A DNA stretch of 64,000 nt from Cystobasidiomycetes sp. EMM_F5 (taxonomy: Eukaryota). The notes beneath the pieces are model-generated. The model was not told the origin of the DNA and searched no databases. It worked only from the letters and a program-made list of their open reading frames with translations. The stretch spans positions 62,001 through 126,000 of the forward strand of contig JBPGPT010000027.1 of NCBI GenBank assembly GCA_051047955.1, read 5' to 3'. This document shows positions 11,701 through 24,876 of the stretch, in pieces. How positions within the stretch are numbered: position 1 is the first letter of the stretch; each line of letters starts with the position of its first letter. The position numbers were made by a program, and so were the translations under genes.

Positions 11701-14700
11701 ATGAGCGTCAGCAAAGGTGACTATCGACGCAGAGACGACCATGCCGTCTCGTCGTCGGGATCCGATGGAGGGCGGGCTGGAGCTGCGCTCGAGGACCGCG
11801 ATGATTCCTGGCGCCGCAATATGAATGAAGCCTCGAGCAACTACAATAAACGCAACGACAGCTACGCATCGTCGTCGACTTATAATCCATCACCGGCCCC
11901 TTCGAATCCTCGGGGGAATCACTCGACGGGACCCGCGGATTATCACTCGCGGTACGATTCTGGGCGAGGCAGCGAAGACGCCAGCATGCCACGCAGCGAC
12001 TACACAAACAGCAGGCACGACGCTAGTATGGCGGTCGAGGAGGGCAGCAGGTTCCGCTCGCACTCTGGGCAATCGAATCCTGCGTCTCGACACGACCGGC
12101 CTACTGGACGAGCAGATTATGATAAATTCGCAAAGCAGCGAGCGCCTCCGTCCGATACAGTGCGAACAAAAGACTATAGGACCGGTGACCGGAGGTCGCG
12201 AGATGAACGGCAAGATGCAAACTCCTACGCCCGATCCGACGACGGCAGCTACCGAGATCCTGGCCGCCCCGCTGAGCGAGATCGTACTCATCGAGATGAG
12301 GACGACGCGGACAACCGCAGAGAGAACGACGGCACTTGGCAGAGCAAACGTCCTAGATTAGATGAGTCAACATCGTCGTCGTCATCTATGCAGCAGCCTA
12401 CATCATCAGTGTGCGTGTATGCAATGAAGATTTGCCCCCTTCGTTTGCTGGCCTTTCAACTTGATTGTTGACTCTTGCTGATAACAACATGTTGTTTCTT
12501 TCCCATCTCGTATGCGTCCTCCCGCATTTTGTATTTTCCCTTTCCCGTTTCTTAGGCAAAGCGATCAGCAAAATCTAGCGGCATCCTCCGCTTCGGCGGC
12601 AAGCAAGAGCAAAGGTGTATATGAGAGGCCTCCGACACGAGACCGCCCTTCTCAAACTGCCACGAGCAAGATTTTACCCCCTATACGCCACGCGCTGCCA
12701 GAAAGGCCGGTCACGGGGTACGCGGATACCCGTCCTAGCCGTGATCCTTTACCGGAGCGAACGCGACAATCCAGATCTCCTCCTCCTCACCGGGGGCGAT
12801 CGCGATCCCCGTCGCCCAAGTTTTACAGAAACGGCTCATCAAGGCGGAGTCCCTCCCCAGCGCCGCCGAGCAATAACAAAGATTTAAGTAGAAAAGCAAC
12901 TTTCAAGAAGCCATGGTTTGCCAAAGGCAATGATAGTCCGCGACGGGACGCGGAAGACCGCTACTCTCGGCAAAACACGCGCAGAGAACGATCTCGTTCG
13001 AGGTCTCGGTCAAGATCACCAGTATATGCTCGAGACAGGTTCTCGCGCGACCAGGCGCCCCACCGTCGCGGCAGAAGCAGGACCCGAAGTCCTAGTCCAC
13101 CTCGCCATGTTCAAGCCAGGTACCGCGATCGTTCGCCAGTACACACCTCGCGTCACGAGCAGCAAGGACGATACTCTGCACACGACCAGCGCCGAAGAGA
13201 GCCCTCCCCTAGTGAATATGATCCGAGAGATGCCGGGCGTTCGAGAAATCAAGCTACCGCGCCATCGTCTTTCACACCAAGTTCACGCGACCAAGCGAGA
13301 TCTTCGTTCGATGCCGCCTCAACTGCCTTACCGCGAGCGCCTCTTACAGTGTCACTGCCTACTCCTGCTGAACTTGATGCTCACATCTACGATCCTCGCC
13401 GTCCGCGCACAGACCCTTTCTACCCTCCACCCGCGGCAAGTTCCACCTCCCAACAATCGCCGCAGGTTGCGCAGTCAAGTGAGCCTTTCTTTCCTCCTCC
13501 TCCTAGCTTCTTCGCCCTTCCTCCAGCAGTACAGCAAGAACGGCCGCTTATTCCGCTACCACCACCGGCTGTATTGCTGAATGCCGCCCTACAATCACAG
13601 CAAGAACCCAGGCTGATGAGTATCGGTATACGAGCACTACCTCCTGGTCCGAATGCTGCCAACACCACTGCAAAGAAAGGCTTCCGGCCAGTTGCAGCAA
13701 CGTCGCCACAGGCCGGCGCCATGTCACCTCCGACTACGCAGTCAGAACAGCTGAGACGCTTCTTCCCTGCGGACGATGAAATGTCACCGCCTGGTGCCGT
13801 CACTAACGGTAGATCATACGGGCCGAACGACGAGCAGTATAGTCCACAAAGCCGCACAACGCCTTCTTTGCCCCCGACGCCTCAGCAACTCATGGCACAT
13901 GTGCAGCAACAGATGCAAAGTCAATCTCAATCTCCATACCAGCAGCAACAACAGCAACAATTTGGCTCTGCAGAGCCCACATCCCCGCCTTATCAGCCTA
14001 CAAATCCGTCTATTCAGCGAGACGTGGTGGTTCAGCCACAGCCACATCAGCCGCAATCTGTTCGACCTGTCAAACTATCTCAAGCTCCCCTTCATCCGAG
14101 ACTCGTTCTATCTGCATCGTCTGGCTCATCCGCTGGTATTGCTAAACTACCGCCAAAGCCGACCTTTACAAAGTTGCCAGCATCCCTACCGCCAAAGCCA
14201 ACTTTTTCCGCATCTCATTCAAGCACTTCACAACCTGGCAGTAACCCAGCATCGCCTGGGAAGCGCAGTGTGCCAAATACTCCCATATCCGCAACTGTAC
14301 CGCCGATCCGCGATGTACACCCCTCGCCTAAGCGCCTGATACCCGAGGAAAGGATCGCCATCCCTTTGCCAGCAAGACCTACGCCTGCGCCTACTCGCCC
14401 TGAAAGCGGACTTCAACCAGCCTTCGAGAGTGTCAAGCGGGAAGTCAGCCAGTCTGCAGACGAAGTTGCTACGCCGGAAGACACGCAGTGGGCAAATTGG
14501 ACATCGTCGATTTCTGTGGCTCCCGAATGGACGGCTCTGGAAACTCCCAAGCAGGAGATTTTGCCTGCCCCAGCGCAAGAAAGGGACTTAAGCGAAAAGG
14601 CGGTCGAGGAGCCCAAAGGTGCTGAAACAACGACTCAGGCGGCTGTTGTCGTAGCACCGACGGCTACAGTACACATTCCGAAGGCACGTTTCAGCGAGTT

Positions 14701-15912
14701 GTATGAACGGCTGGCACAAGTTGGCGAAGGTACCTACGGCAAAGTATACAAGGCTCGCGATCATTCTACGGGCGGACTTGTTGCCATGAAGCGGATCCGA
14801 ATGGAGGCAGAGAAGGATGGCTTTCCGGTCACTGCCATACGAGAGATTAAGCTTCTTCAAAGTTTGGACCACCCAAATGTAGTCAAACTCATGGAAATGA
14901 TGGTATCGAAAGGTAGGAAGCTCTATCGAATTGGGTTCTCGTTTCCTTACTTATTGTGCACCTCTGTCGTAGGCCATGTATACATGGTTTTCGAGTATGC
15001 TGATCACGATCTCACGGGTATACTACACCATCCGAACGTAAACTTCTCGCCGGCCAATCTCAAGTCTCTTATGCTGCAATTATTACAAGGTCTTGACTAC
15101 ATACATTGGCGTGGTGTACTGCATCGCGACTTGAAGGGATCAAACATCTTATTGTCAAAGTATGGTGATCTCAAGCTGGCAGATTTCGGCTTGGCCAAGT
15201 TTTATGCCAAAGGGAAGAGAAACGATTACACAAATCGCGTCATCACGCAGTGGTATAAGCCTCCGGAGTTACTGTTCGGCGCAACCGCATACGGACCGGA
15301 AGTTGACATGTGGAGCGCAGGGTAAATTCGTTATAGTCGACAGCCATCCCCTTGAAGCTAACCACTTGTATGTGGCAGTTGCATTTTTCTTGAGCTCTTC
15401 ACACGTAGACCTATTTTCCAAGGTCTCGACGAGATACATCAACTTGACACAATCTACAAGTACATGGGCACCCCATCGGAGGAGACTTGGCCAGAACTTA
15501 CAGAATTGCCATGGTACGAGCTTGTGAAGCCAGCGAAGGAAATACCGTCCGTTTTCAGAGAGACGTTCTCCGCGTACGTGTTTTTCGTACGTAATGGCGG
15601 AAAGAAGAAACTGACGCTTGCTCGGCTTTTAGTGAATACCTCAAAACGGAAGCAGGCCTAGACTTGGCAGAGGCTTTGCTATCCTTCAATCCAGCTAAGA
15701 GACCTACAGCCTATGAAGCGACCCAACTACCTTACTTCACGAGTGAGTTGCCTCAAGCTGAGAAACCGACATGGCTTCAGACCACCATTAAGGGAGATTG
15801 GCACGAAATGGAGAGTAAAGAGGCTTCTCGGAAAAAGGGAAGAGAGATGCGCAAGCAGCAGCAGGCAGCCACCGCGGCGGCGGCAGCAGCAGCAGCAGGG
15901 ACAAAGCAGTGA
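11701..15912 (+). CDS. CTK1: CTK1/Lsk1/CDK12-like RNA polymerase II CTD kinase with a long RS/Pro-rich N-terminus
   Basis: GEGTYGKVYKA, EKDGFPVTAIREIKLL, HRDLKGSN, ADFGLA, DYTNRVIT and a C-terminal GDWHEME motif; RS repeats in the N-terminus. Confidence 0.88.
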
Positions 15913-16043
15913 CGTAAATAGGACGGAATTGTGGTGCTAGTATAATAAGGAAGTGGCATTTGACTGTATAACTGATCTGATAGGGAATTCCGCCCAATAC
16001 AAGCTAACTGACAAGCGAGGAGCCTGCCATCGTTGCCCTATAG

Positions 16044-18294
16044 CTATAGCTTGCTATCGCGAGCTTTATTGGCGAGTGAGCTACGCTTGGAGAAGTAGTG
16101 CTCGACTTCACCAGGTTCGCTACCGATGCTCGGAGCGCCCTCCTGACGTTCGTCGATTGGTACATAAGGGCGTTCCGCTGCTCCTATATATACTTGTCGT
16201 GGACGCCAGATCTTGACGCCTGCTGGATTAAGACACATTTGACGCCAATGACTGAGCCATCCCACAACCCGTCCAATAGTGACTGCAACAAGTCGTCAGA
16301 TGCGTTGCGACAGAAAAACCGAATTAACACTTGCATAAGACAGGATAGTAATCGGGAGGCTATGTTATCAAGAGCGTTAGTCCCGCGAAGGAAATACTGC
16401 AGTGAACGCAACCCACAAAGCCAAGAGACTGGTATATCAAGCCTGCCGGAAATTTCATTCAGCTTGAGCCGTGATGCAAGTGAAACTGTGGACACACCGC
16501 TCCAGAAGTCCACATTCGGATACAAACGGCGCTTGACAAAGTACTCGTCCTTTAGAGCTTCGTCGTGAAGCCGACGAGCTGTCGCGAGTAGTGGATTTGT
16601 GCCGGTGATTGCGAATACCTTCCAAAAGCAGTCTGTGAGCGCACAATATCGCTTATATCGGGGAAGTCGTACCTCTTCTGCCGTCTTTCTGATGATGAAC
16701 GATCTAGGGTCGCTTGTGCGGTAGATTCGGTGTCCAAAACCACTCAAGACCTTTTCCTTCTTTTTGACTTTTTCAATGTACTCTAGAACGTTATCAGGCG
16801 AGCCGATGTCCAAAAGCATTCGAAGGGAGGCTTCGGCAGCCCCTCCATGAATTGGCCCGTATAGTGCTGCGCATCCTGCTGCAATCGCTGAGTAGGGATC
16901 GACCAGAGAGCTGCCAACTTGAAGTACGCTCGCAGCACTGCAATTCATTTCGTGATCGGCTGGCGACCACACAGCATTTGCAGCACGCGATTAGGAAGAA
17001 GAATGTACCATTTACATCAGTTGTGGGAACTTAGAAGCCCTATAACAAACTAAATTGACATACCATGAAGAATGAGTAGGACGTCCAAGGCTTTCACAAT
17101 TACGGGGTGCGGCTTGTAATTGCTCTCTCCTAGGTGGTCCAGCATGTAGAGGAAGCTCTCCGAGTAGCCCATCCCAGGCTTTGGCGTGTTAAATTCGCGT
17201 CCTTGGCGGAGACGATATGCCATCCTGCGTCAGAGCATTGAGATTAGCTTTCATCAGTGCAGGACTCAAGAGCAAGCATAAGGCTGCGTACGCCGCCAGA
17301 GTAATTGTCTTTCCTATCAGACGGAAGATTTGCTATGCCAAAATATCAGATTTTTAAGATGAGTGTAGATGTGGCCACTGCTACCTTGTCCATGACAGCT
17401 AGGGCTGCTTTATCTCCACTGGCAGCTTTAGTGTACAGTGATTGACCCTGCAACGAAGGATTCGCCTATAGCGCAGCCAACTTTGAGCGGAAACTTAGAA
17501 TCTGAGCAGGAAGCGTGCTTACTTCTGGAGCAAAGGCCCCTAGCGCAGCGAAGCCGCTAATCATCACCGACATTGGATGAGCATTGTATCTGAATGCCGA
17601 GACCAGCCTGCTGATATCGGTATGCACGATGGTGTGCGAATTCACTTCCGAGTCGAACCGCGCAAACTGCTTCTTTGTCGGCAGAGAACCGTAGAGGAGC
17701 AAGTAAGAGACCTCGAGGAAGCTGCTCTTCTCTGCCAATTGTTCGATGGGATAGCCTCTGCCGATTTAAAGCACACCCTTTAGCTGAATACACAATGTCT
17801 GGCACTTCCCTAGCGCGGACTCACCGATATCTCAGGATACCTCTCTCGCCATCAATGAAGGCTGTGAATAATAGACACAGTAGACGAATGGTTCAGATTA
17901 GCATAGGATTCGCTGCGTGTACGGCAACAATGACAACGTACTGATTGTACTTCGCAAGACTGCGGTGTTCTGGAAGCCAGAGTCAAACACTCGCAGGCCA
18001 TTATCGCATTCATCTTCTTCGCGTTCATCTGGTCCAGGAGCTGCTTTGAGGTCCTTGAAGGCTGTAGCGGGGATGGAATTGTTGACGATGGGAACTTTGA
18101 TGGCCTTGCCTGTCCGGTTCTGTCGCACCAATACCGTCAGCTGTCATATCTTTAATCCCAGACTAGCTGCGGCTCTTGATCCAAATGACCCAGTGCCCGG
18201 GATCCTGGCTGTTCAAACGCACGTCAATAATCGTCAGGCTCTGTTCTTTTGCGCCGTCCTTTGGCAGGACGCCTTCATCAACTGTTCTGCCCAT
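16044..18294 (-). CDS. Peroxisomal citrate synthase (bacterial-like subtype)
   Basis: LTIID|NRTG, DSGFQNTAV, SFLEVSYLLLYG, AHPM, DHEMNCS, LYGPIHGGA, GFGHRIY, LYPNVDFWSG and KIWRPRQVY; ends in -DSKL* (PTS1). Confidence 0.93.
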
Positions 18295-18729
18295 GTTTGC
18301 AACAGTGCGACTTGGAGTATTCGCAAGGAAATCCTGTTATCGCTTTGCAAATGTAAGTTAGTCTCGCATTTCCAACCGGAGACACCGCTGAAATCCGGCC
18401 GTGCAAGTATGTGACCCGACTTTTAGCAAAGGCTTGTGTCTCATTCTCTACTCTACAACAACAACAAACGGAATGCCCTGCCGAAACCGCTAGCCTACAC
18501 CCATGAGATTGAAAATGAATGATTACACTGAGCCTACCGAGGACTGAAGACCGCGTTGAAAACAGAGACTGCACAGTGTATGGAGTGCTTCTAGTCGTAA
18601 ACGAGTGTGAATGTGTCGTGCTTGATGAGGAAAGGCGTTGGAATTGAATTGAACGAATGAATGCGATGCTGTGAAATAGACGTAAGGCGATGCTGTGCTG
18701 TCAGAAGGCTGTTATACACACTTATTGTG

Positions 18730-21700
18730 TCAGAGACGAGGCGAAGAATTGAACCTGCTAGTTGATCCGATACTGGCGCGAGGAAGAGCCTCGCCGCTTG
18801 CGAGGTTAAGTTCACGGCGTCGAGCAGCCTTGTCCAAAAGCGACTTGATATCCTTTGCAGAGATGGGCTTGCACAGCACATGATCGACTCCAGCCGTGAT
18901 GTAGGCCATCTGATCGCTCTTGAGTGCATTACCAGTCGCTCCCACTACAAAGTCATTTCGGCCAGCTGCGCGCAGGACCCTGATGGCTTGTTCTCCCGTC
19001 ATGACCGGCATGGCATTGTCGAGAGTGACAATGTCAAAATATTGCGGTGGCGTACTGGTCGTCACCTCACCATCACTTGGACTTTGGCTGCCTTCGCTGC
19101 CGAGAAGGATATCGAGGAACATCTGCCCATTCTCAGCTTCCTGGACTGTACAGCCTAACCTTGCCATCATACGGCTCATGAGTTTTCGGGTCAGCGGATC
19201 GTCGTCGACAATGAGCGCTGCGAGTAGAGGTCGGTCGCTTGATGTCAGGGCAGGCGATTGCGCTTTACCGGCGGAAGAAGCCGTATTGGGTCGGTCGGAC
19301 TTGGATGTCAAGACTTCGGCAATCGGATCAGTACCTTCGTCCACTCCGGCAAGCGGCGTACCCCTTGAAGGCGAATCGTTCTTCTTGTGCGCTGCTGCAG
19401 CGGCTTCGCTGAAGGAGCCGTACTTTCGCAAATCTGTGCGAGTGGCAGGAGTGAACGCTTCTTCGCCGACTGGCGAAGCGACAGGAAGGTTCGCTGTCGA
19501 TGTAGCAGAATCGACCCCCATGCCAGGAGGAGGAAGATCGACGTGTGACGGGTGAGGTTGCGAGTGATAGGTTCCTTGTGGCGAGTGTGGGGGATGGAAA
19601 TATTGCGATGAGAGCGGTCCTGACGCACTGCGAGTAGACCTGCCACTGCCTACTGACAGTGGTGGGCTTGGGTGAGGGGAATGGTGTCGAGATTGACTCC
19701 TCGCTGAAGCCAGAGCCGTGACTGAAGACGTGGGCGGAGTAGCTGATGTCAAAGTCATTGCCGGCAAGACACTGCGGTCAGTCGCATTGGGAGTTGTCCA
19801 ATTTTCGGAAGTGAACGGCGAGCAAACATCCAATGCAGACGTCGAAGCCGTCGGGGCAGTCGACGTTGTTGAGACTTTACGTAGTGGTTCCGCTGCTGTC
19901 CCAGTCGGTGTTGCTCGTCTGGCAGGCAACTGACCCAGCGCATTGACTTGCCCGGCCGAAGCGACCACGGCTGCGTGATGGGAGCCAGAAGCGTCCGAAA
20001 AGGCACGATCGCGCTCCGCTAGGGGCGTGACAGGGTGACTTCGTGAGCTGACAGCTTCATGTCGTGAAGCCGAGTATTGTGAGTAGGAACTTTCGCCCTC
20101 TTTGTATGGCTTGATGGGCGGTCGAGTAGGGCGAAGACTGCTCGGGGCAGACATTGGCGTTTGCGGTTCCTGTAAGGCCTGCACTTCGGCTTGAGTCGCT
20201 ATGGGGTATCTAAACTCAAGCCAGAAGGTAGATCCATTGCAATTGGACTTTACACCTAATCTACCTTGAGCGAGCTGTACGATTGCTCGAACGATAGCCA
20301 GCCCAAGGCCAGAGCCCTTCCCACCCTGTACTCGACCGACTTCAGTCTGCACATACGGCGAGAAGAGGCGGAAGTCCACCATATCGCTCGGTCTGATACC
20401 CGGACCGGAGTCTGATATTTCGATCCGAACAATTACGCAGTCCCGCGCCTGACCGCCGTTGCCTTGGCCTGATGAGCTGCTGCTATCGCTCGAATGCATC
20501 CTGTTGCCCAGCTGCGGCGAGAGAATATTGTGACCCTTGTTCGGTCCGCCACCGGCAGAGCGCGACGAAGTACCTCGCCTCGACAGCAGTGGTGCCTGTA
20601 TCTTTTCGGAGAGTGATGGGTTCGTAAGGCCCTTCTCGAGATCAGGCTGTTGACCAGAGACCGAAGGAAGTCGTTGGTTAAGCGGGCGAGAAGACGGCAT
20701 TGGGGTAGAAGTACGAATCGATGCAGCGACGGTAGTCTCTGTAGGTGGGTACTTCCCTAGCTTCAACTCATCTGGCGTAATCTCGTCGTCCCTCCACTTA
20801 GTGCTTTCAGAAAGGTGTGTTTTGTCAGTTTCGTTGCTAGTCGAGTCTCGCTGCGATGTGCGGGTACGATCATCGAGTAAAATCTCCTCCTTCTCCGAAA
20901 TTTCCTTCTTCTCGCTCTCCAATGCCGAAATTTCTGTAATTTTGCCTTCGTGGTCAATCAGGGTAGAATTGAGAGTCTGAGCGGTGCTATTTGGCCAGAT
21001 CAACTTGGTCGTTACGCTGACTCCCTCTCGCCCAGATCTACAGAACTTGACAGCGTTACTAGCAATGTTTGTGAGCACCTGCCTCAGCCGAATCTCGTCG
21101 CCAATCACAAAGGTAGCTTTTCCTCCCATGTATTCTACAGATTGCGGAAGAGAATCGATTCGCTCATCGAGCGAAACGTTGAGCTGGATCTTTTTTGCCG
21201 TCGTAGCGACTTTGAGACCTGCGATGAGGGCGTTGATTGCGCGGTGGAAGTGGAATGGTTGTGTCGATGATTCGAATCTTCCGGCGTCCATGCGCTGTAG
21301 ACTATAAATCGATCTCAAATCAGTACATACACCTCACCCCAATTGGAGAGCCGTCCACATACTCTAGCACATCGTTCAGTACCTGCTGCACCTGTTGAAG
21401 CGAGCTTTCTAAGGCATAAACTTCGACCATCTGATCTTCATCGCGATGATTAAACGAGTCGGAGGCTTGCAGATTCTGAAACGCAAGGTATGCCGTATTG
21501 AGCGGTACGCGGACCTCGTGAAATATGTAGGATATAAACTTCTTTTTCGAATTATTGGCTCGCTTTTCCGCAATCTGAGCCTTTTGCTGTGCGCGGTAGG
21601 AAATCTTGAGTTGAGTTCGCAGAGTGTACATTCTCCTGTCCACCTTTTCGTGATTGTAGTGAAGGTACTGCACAAACATGCTGAATAAAAGGTAAATGAT

Positions 21701-23408
21701 GGCAGTACGGATAAAGGGCGTGTAGTCGGGCAGAGTGAGACCGCAGATGAGTCCCCAGTATATCAATTGGCCGAGTGCTATCCAGCCGCGGTTTACTCCG
21801 AGTGCAAATAGTCCAAGGAAGGGAAGTGCCGCACTGTAAGGCGAATTGTTTAGTAATCAACCTCGATTTCAGAACGCCGACACTCACGCATAGAATTGTA
21901 CATTGAAGAATCTGTTGCCGGAACACGTACCACCGCCAAACCAATCGCATAGATATATAGTGATGACTAGTAGAGATAGGTCAGTGCTAATAAGACAATC
22001 ACAAAGACTGAAAGCCTGCTCACTGCCTGCCCATCCAAGCACATTACAAGCTATGCTTCCAAATATACTGTACAAGTGAGGCGCACGTCGGGGCACGTCA
22101 AAGGCAATCAAGATGGGAAGGGGAACGGTAAAGAGGGGAAAGATCAGGTAGTAGCACAATCTTTCTTGCAAGGTAGTAAACGTCGCCAATGCGAGCACGA
22201 GAATCATGTTGATCATGAGAAAGCAGGATCCAAACCACGCTGAGCGTTTCGTATTGAACCACCGTTCCTTTCGATACGCGTCCTCCTTGTCGGCATCGCC
22301 AAAGCGTGGCTCGAAAAAGTATTTGCACTGAAAGTGTAATGCTTAGTCAGGGGTATGCAATGACAAAATCGACATGACTCACCTTTGGAATGAGGTAACC
22401 TTTGAAAAAAGTAAGTATGCCATCAATGACCTGATACGTCGGACCCTTGACGATACTGCCCGCCGTCTCCGAGTGCGCAGTGTTTGTATCCATTACTGAA
22501 TTGGACATCTTTTCGTGATGCTGGCTCGACGAGATGCCGACTACGCCAATTCTGCCGTCTGACCCGCTCACGACTGTCGGAAGGAGGGCGTTGCCGTCAT
22601 CGTCAAAGTACTCTGCGTCTACGACGAGCTCGTCGATTGACCAGTCGTCACCGTCTTCGTATGTATCTGGGTGTGGTATCTCTTGCGTTCCACCGATGTG
22701 AGCGTGCTTTGTCGCTTTCCCATTCTCGGCGAGGGCTCTTGCATTGTTTGCCGCCTTGTTTCGCACATAGGCCTCGGCGCGAACGGCGTCCGACGTCTCT
22801 GACGATACGCTGCGGTTCTCCATGGACGATGGTGAGCCTGTAGAAGCCAGGAGTAGCCGTTTCTTTACGGCATCCCAACTAAAGACCCAGGGTTCTCTGG
22901 TCGAGAATTGCAGCCTCCCTCGCCTGCGCTGGCTTGTGGGCGGCTCTTCTGCGACTACAACAGACGGTGAGGTATCCTGTGTATGCCTGGGCAGTGGTGT
23001 AGTCGTGCTCGTCTCGTTTTCGTCGTCTGTTGCCGTGGACTGCCTTCGACTGCGCTCTCCTGCGGGCGACGTCACGGCGTACCAAGCCGACGACACTGCG
23101 CTCCTCCAGCCTCGCTGAGCTGTATGGATATCGTTACTTGACTGTTCTGGCTGCCACTGGCGCATCGCAGGACTGGCATTGCCTGGACTGATACTCTTCA
23201 GATGGCCCGACTCGGACTTGGGATTTGTTTGAATCTCGGGAGCTGGATGGATATTATTGCCAGACGATGAGCTGCCTGCCATAGCATAGTCTGATGCCAT
23301 GACTGCACTTTGAGCCGCCGTCTTCCTCGTCGCGCCCCGAGGTTGTCGCAGAATGCCAGCAGCCGGGCGACTCGGCGTAGACTGCGGTCCAGCCAGCTGG
23401 CTTGCCAT
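18730..23408 (-). CDS. Membrane-bound hybrid histidine kinase (TM region, HisKA, HATPase, receiver)
   Basis: H-box FHEVRVPLN, N-box GDEIRLRQVLTNIASNAVKF, DSGPGI, GSGLGLAI; receiver LIVDDD...TLDNAMPVMTG...KP. Several hydrophobic helices at about 21650-22260. Confidence 0.92.
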
Positions 23409-23827
23409 GACTGGCTTGCAAGGGTTGTCGCTGTGCTGATTATCCTCTATCCTCTAATCATATTCATCGCCATTCGATATGGTCGGGAAATAGGCTGATG
23501 GGCACTAATAACACTGTCTTTAGTGGTGGCGACATGATCTGCAATGTCCTTTTCCACTGACAATACGCTCACTGACGCATCGCTAACACAGTAAGACACG
23601 CTCTCTCTTACCCCTCGCGCTTCCCCCGAGCGATTTGGACCACTGACGGCCGACTTGGCTGTGGCTATACGTAAAGACCCGGCAGTGCTGCCGATTTTCA
23701 AAAGGAAGGGCGGCGTTTGATGCGGCAGACCTGTACTGAAAGCCCTGGAGATGACCTCTCTCGATTTACAGCTTGGACTCTGATACTCGTCCGTGTCTCA
23801 TCTCCTCATTCACCCATCCATTCAAAC

Positions 23828-24427
23828 ATGCCGGCAGCAGACCAAACTCGCAAGCGTCCAGCACCTAAGCGTACGACTACGTATTCCAACTATCCCCAGC
23901 AACTACCGACCCCGCCTCCCGAGCCCGTGCAGAGCAAAAAGCGGTATGTCCGGATCATCATATCTGATTGCACGCAATGACTCGCTAACTTGATGCATTC
24001 ACCAAATATTTACAGTATATGCCGTCCAGCTCAACCTGACAATCACGCTGATAAGCTCCGTTTGAAGGCGGCAGTGTCCGTCTGGTGCGCCAAGTGTCAG
24101 GCGCCCTTTCTTAACATCAAAGGACATGAAGAGCTCCATCGCCAGAAGAGTACGTCTATTCATCAGATAGGGTGAGTCGCGTTGCTTGCGGCACTTTCCC
24201 ACTTCGGCTGTTGCTGATACTACAAGTCTCCATCAGACTAAGTTTACCAAAATATTGAGCAATCAATACGCACAACAAGCCAGGCTGCTGTGCTATATGC
24301 ACAAAGATCGTTCCAGATCTCTCCCAGCATATCACAGCCAGCCACGCTTCTGCCTTCGCGAATGGAATTGCAGTGCCTCAAGGCCATTCTGGCGATAGTC
24401 AGCATCTTGCAAAACAGCCGGAGGGGG
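23828..24427 (+). CDS. Possible small spliced protein with two C2H2-like zinc fingers (model uncertain)
   Basis: MPAADQTRKRP..., intron 23944-24016, then WCAKCQAPFLNIKGHEELH and, in another frame, CAICTKIVPDLSQHITASH. Confidence 0.4.
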
Positions 24428-24843
24428 TGAGGAAGCGTATTAAGCCCGTTGCGCGTATAGTCAACGACGTCCGAACTTAGAGTTTACTGACTCTGCGAAA
24501 TCCGTCGCTGAATGATAGCTGGGGCATGAACAAGGCTGTTTTCTCCGTCTCGTTAATGGAAAAAGACAGCGCGGCTAAGTCCCCCGCTGTAGTCTACTTT
24601 GTTGTATACAGTCATCAGATCGAAAAGATCAATCTTACTTTGTTCCATTTTTTGCAAAAAGAATCTCCGCTCGTCATTGCCATTGCTATTTCCATTTGCC
24701 TTTGCTCACCGCTATCAGCAAAAGATGACCGTGACTATGGCACAAGGATATGCCAGACGCGGTCAAGATATGCGAGAGACATGCTCAGCAGCAGCGCTGG
24801 CTTCTGCGAGGTCACTGCATTGAAAACCCGCTGCCCCCGTTCA

Positions 24844-24876
24844 AGCTCAGCTCGAGCTCAGCTCGAGCTCAGCTCC
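24844..24876. repeat. 11-bp tandem repeat (AGCTCAGCTCG) x3
   Basis: agctcagctcg agctcagctcg agctcagctcc read directly. Confidence 0.8.

Noticed and set aside
15853..15900. CAG/GCG microsatellite
   Set aside because: Ordinary coding polyQ/polyA at the CTK1 C-terminus.
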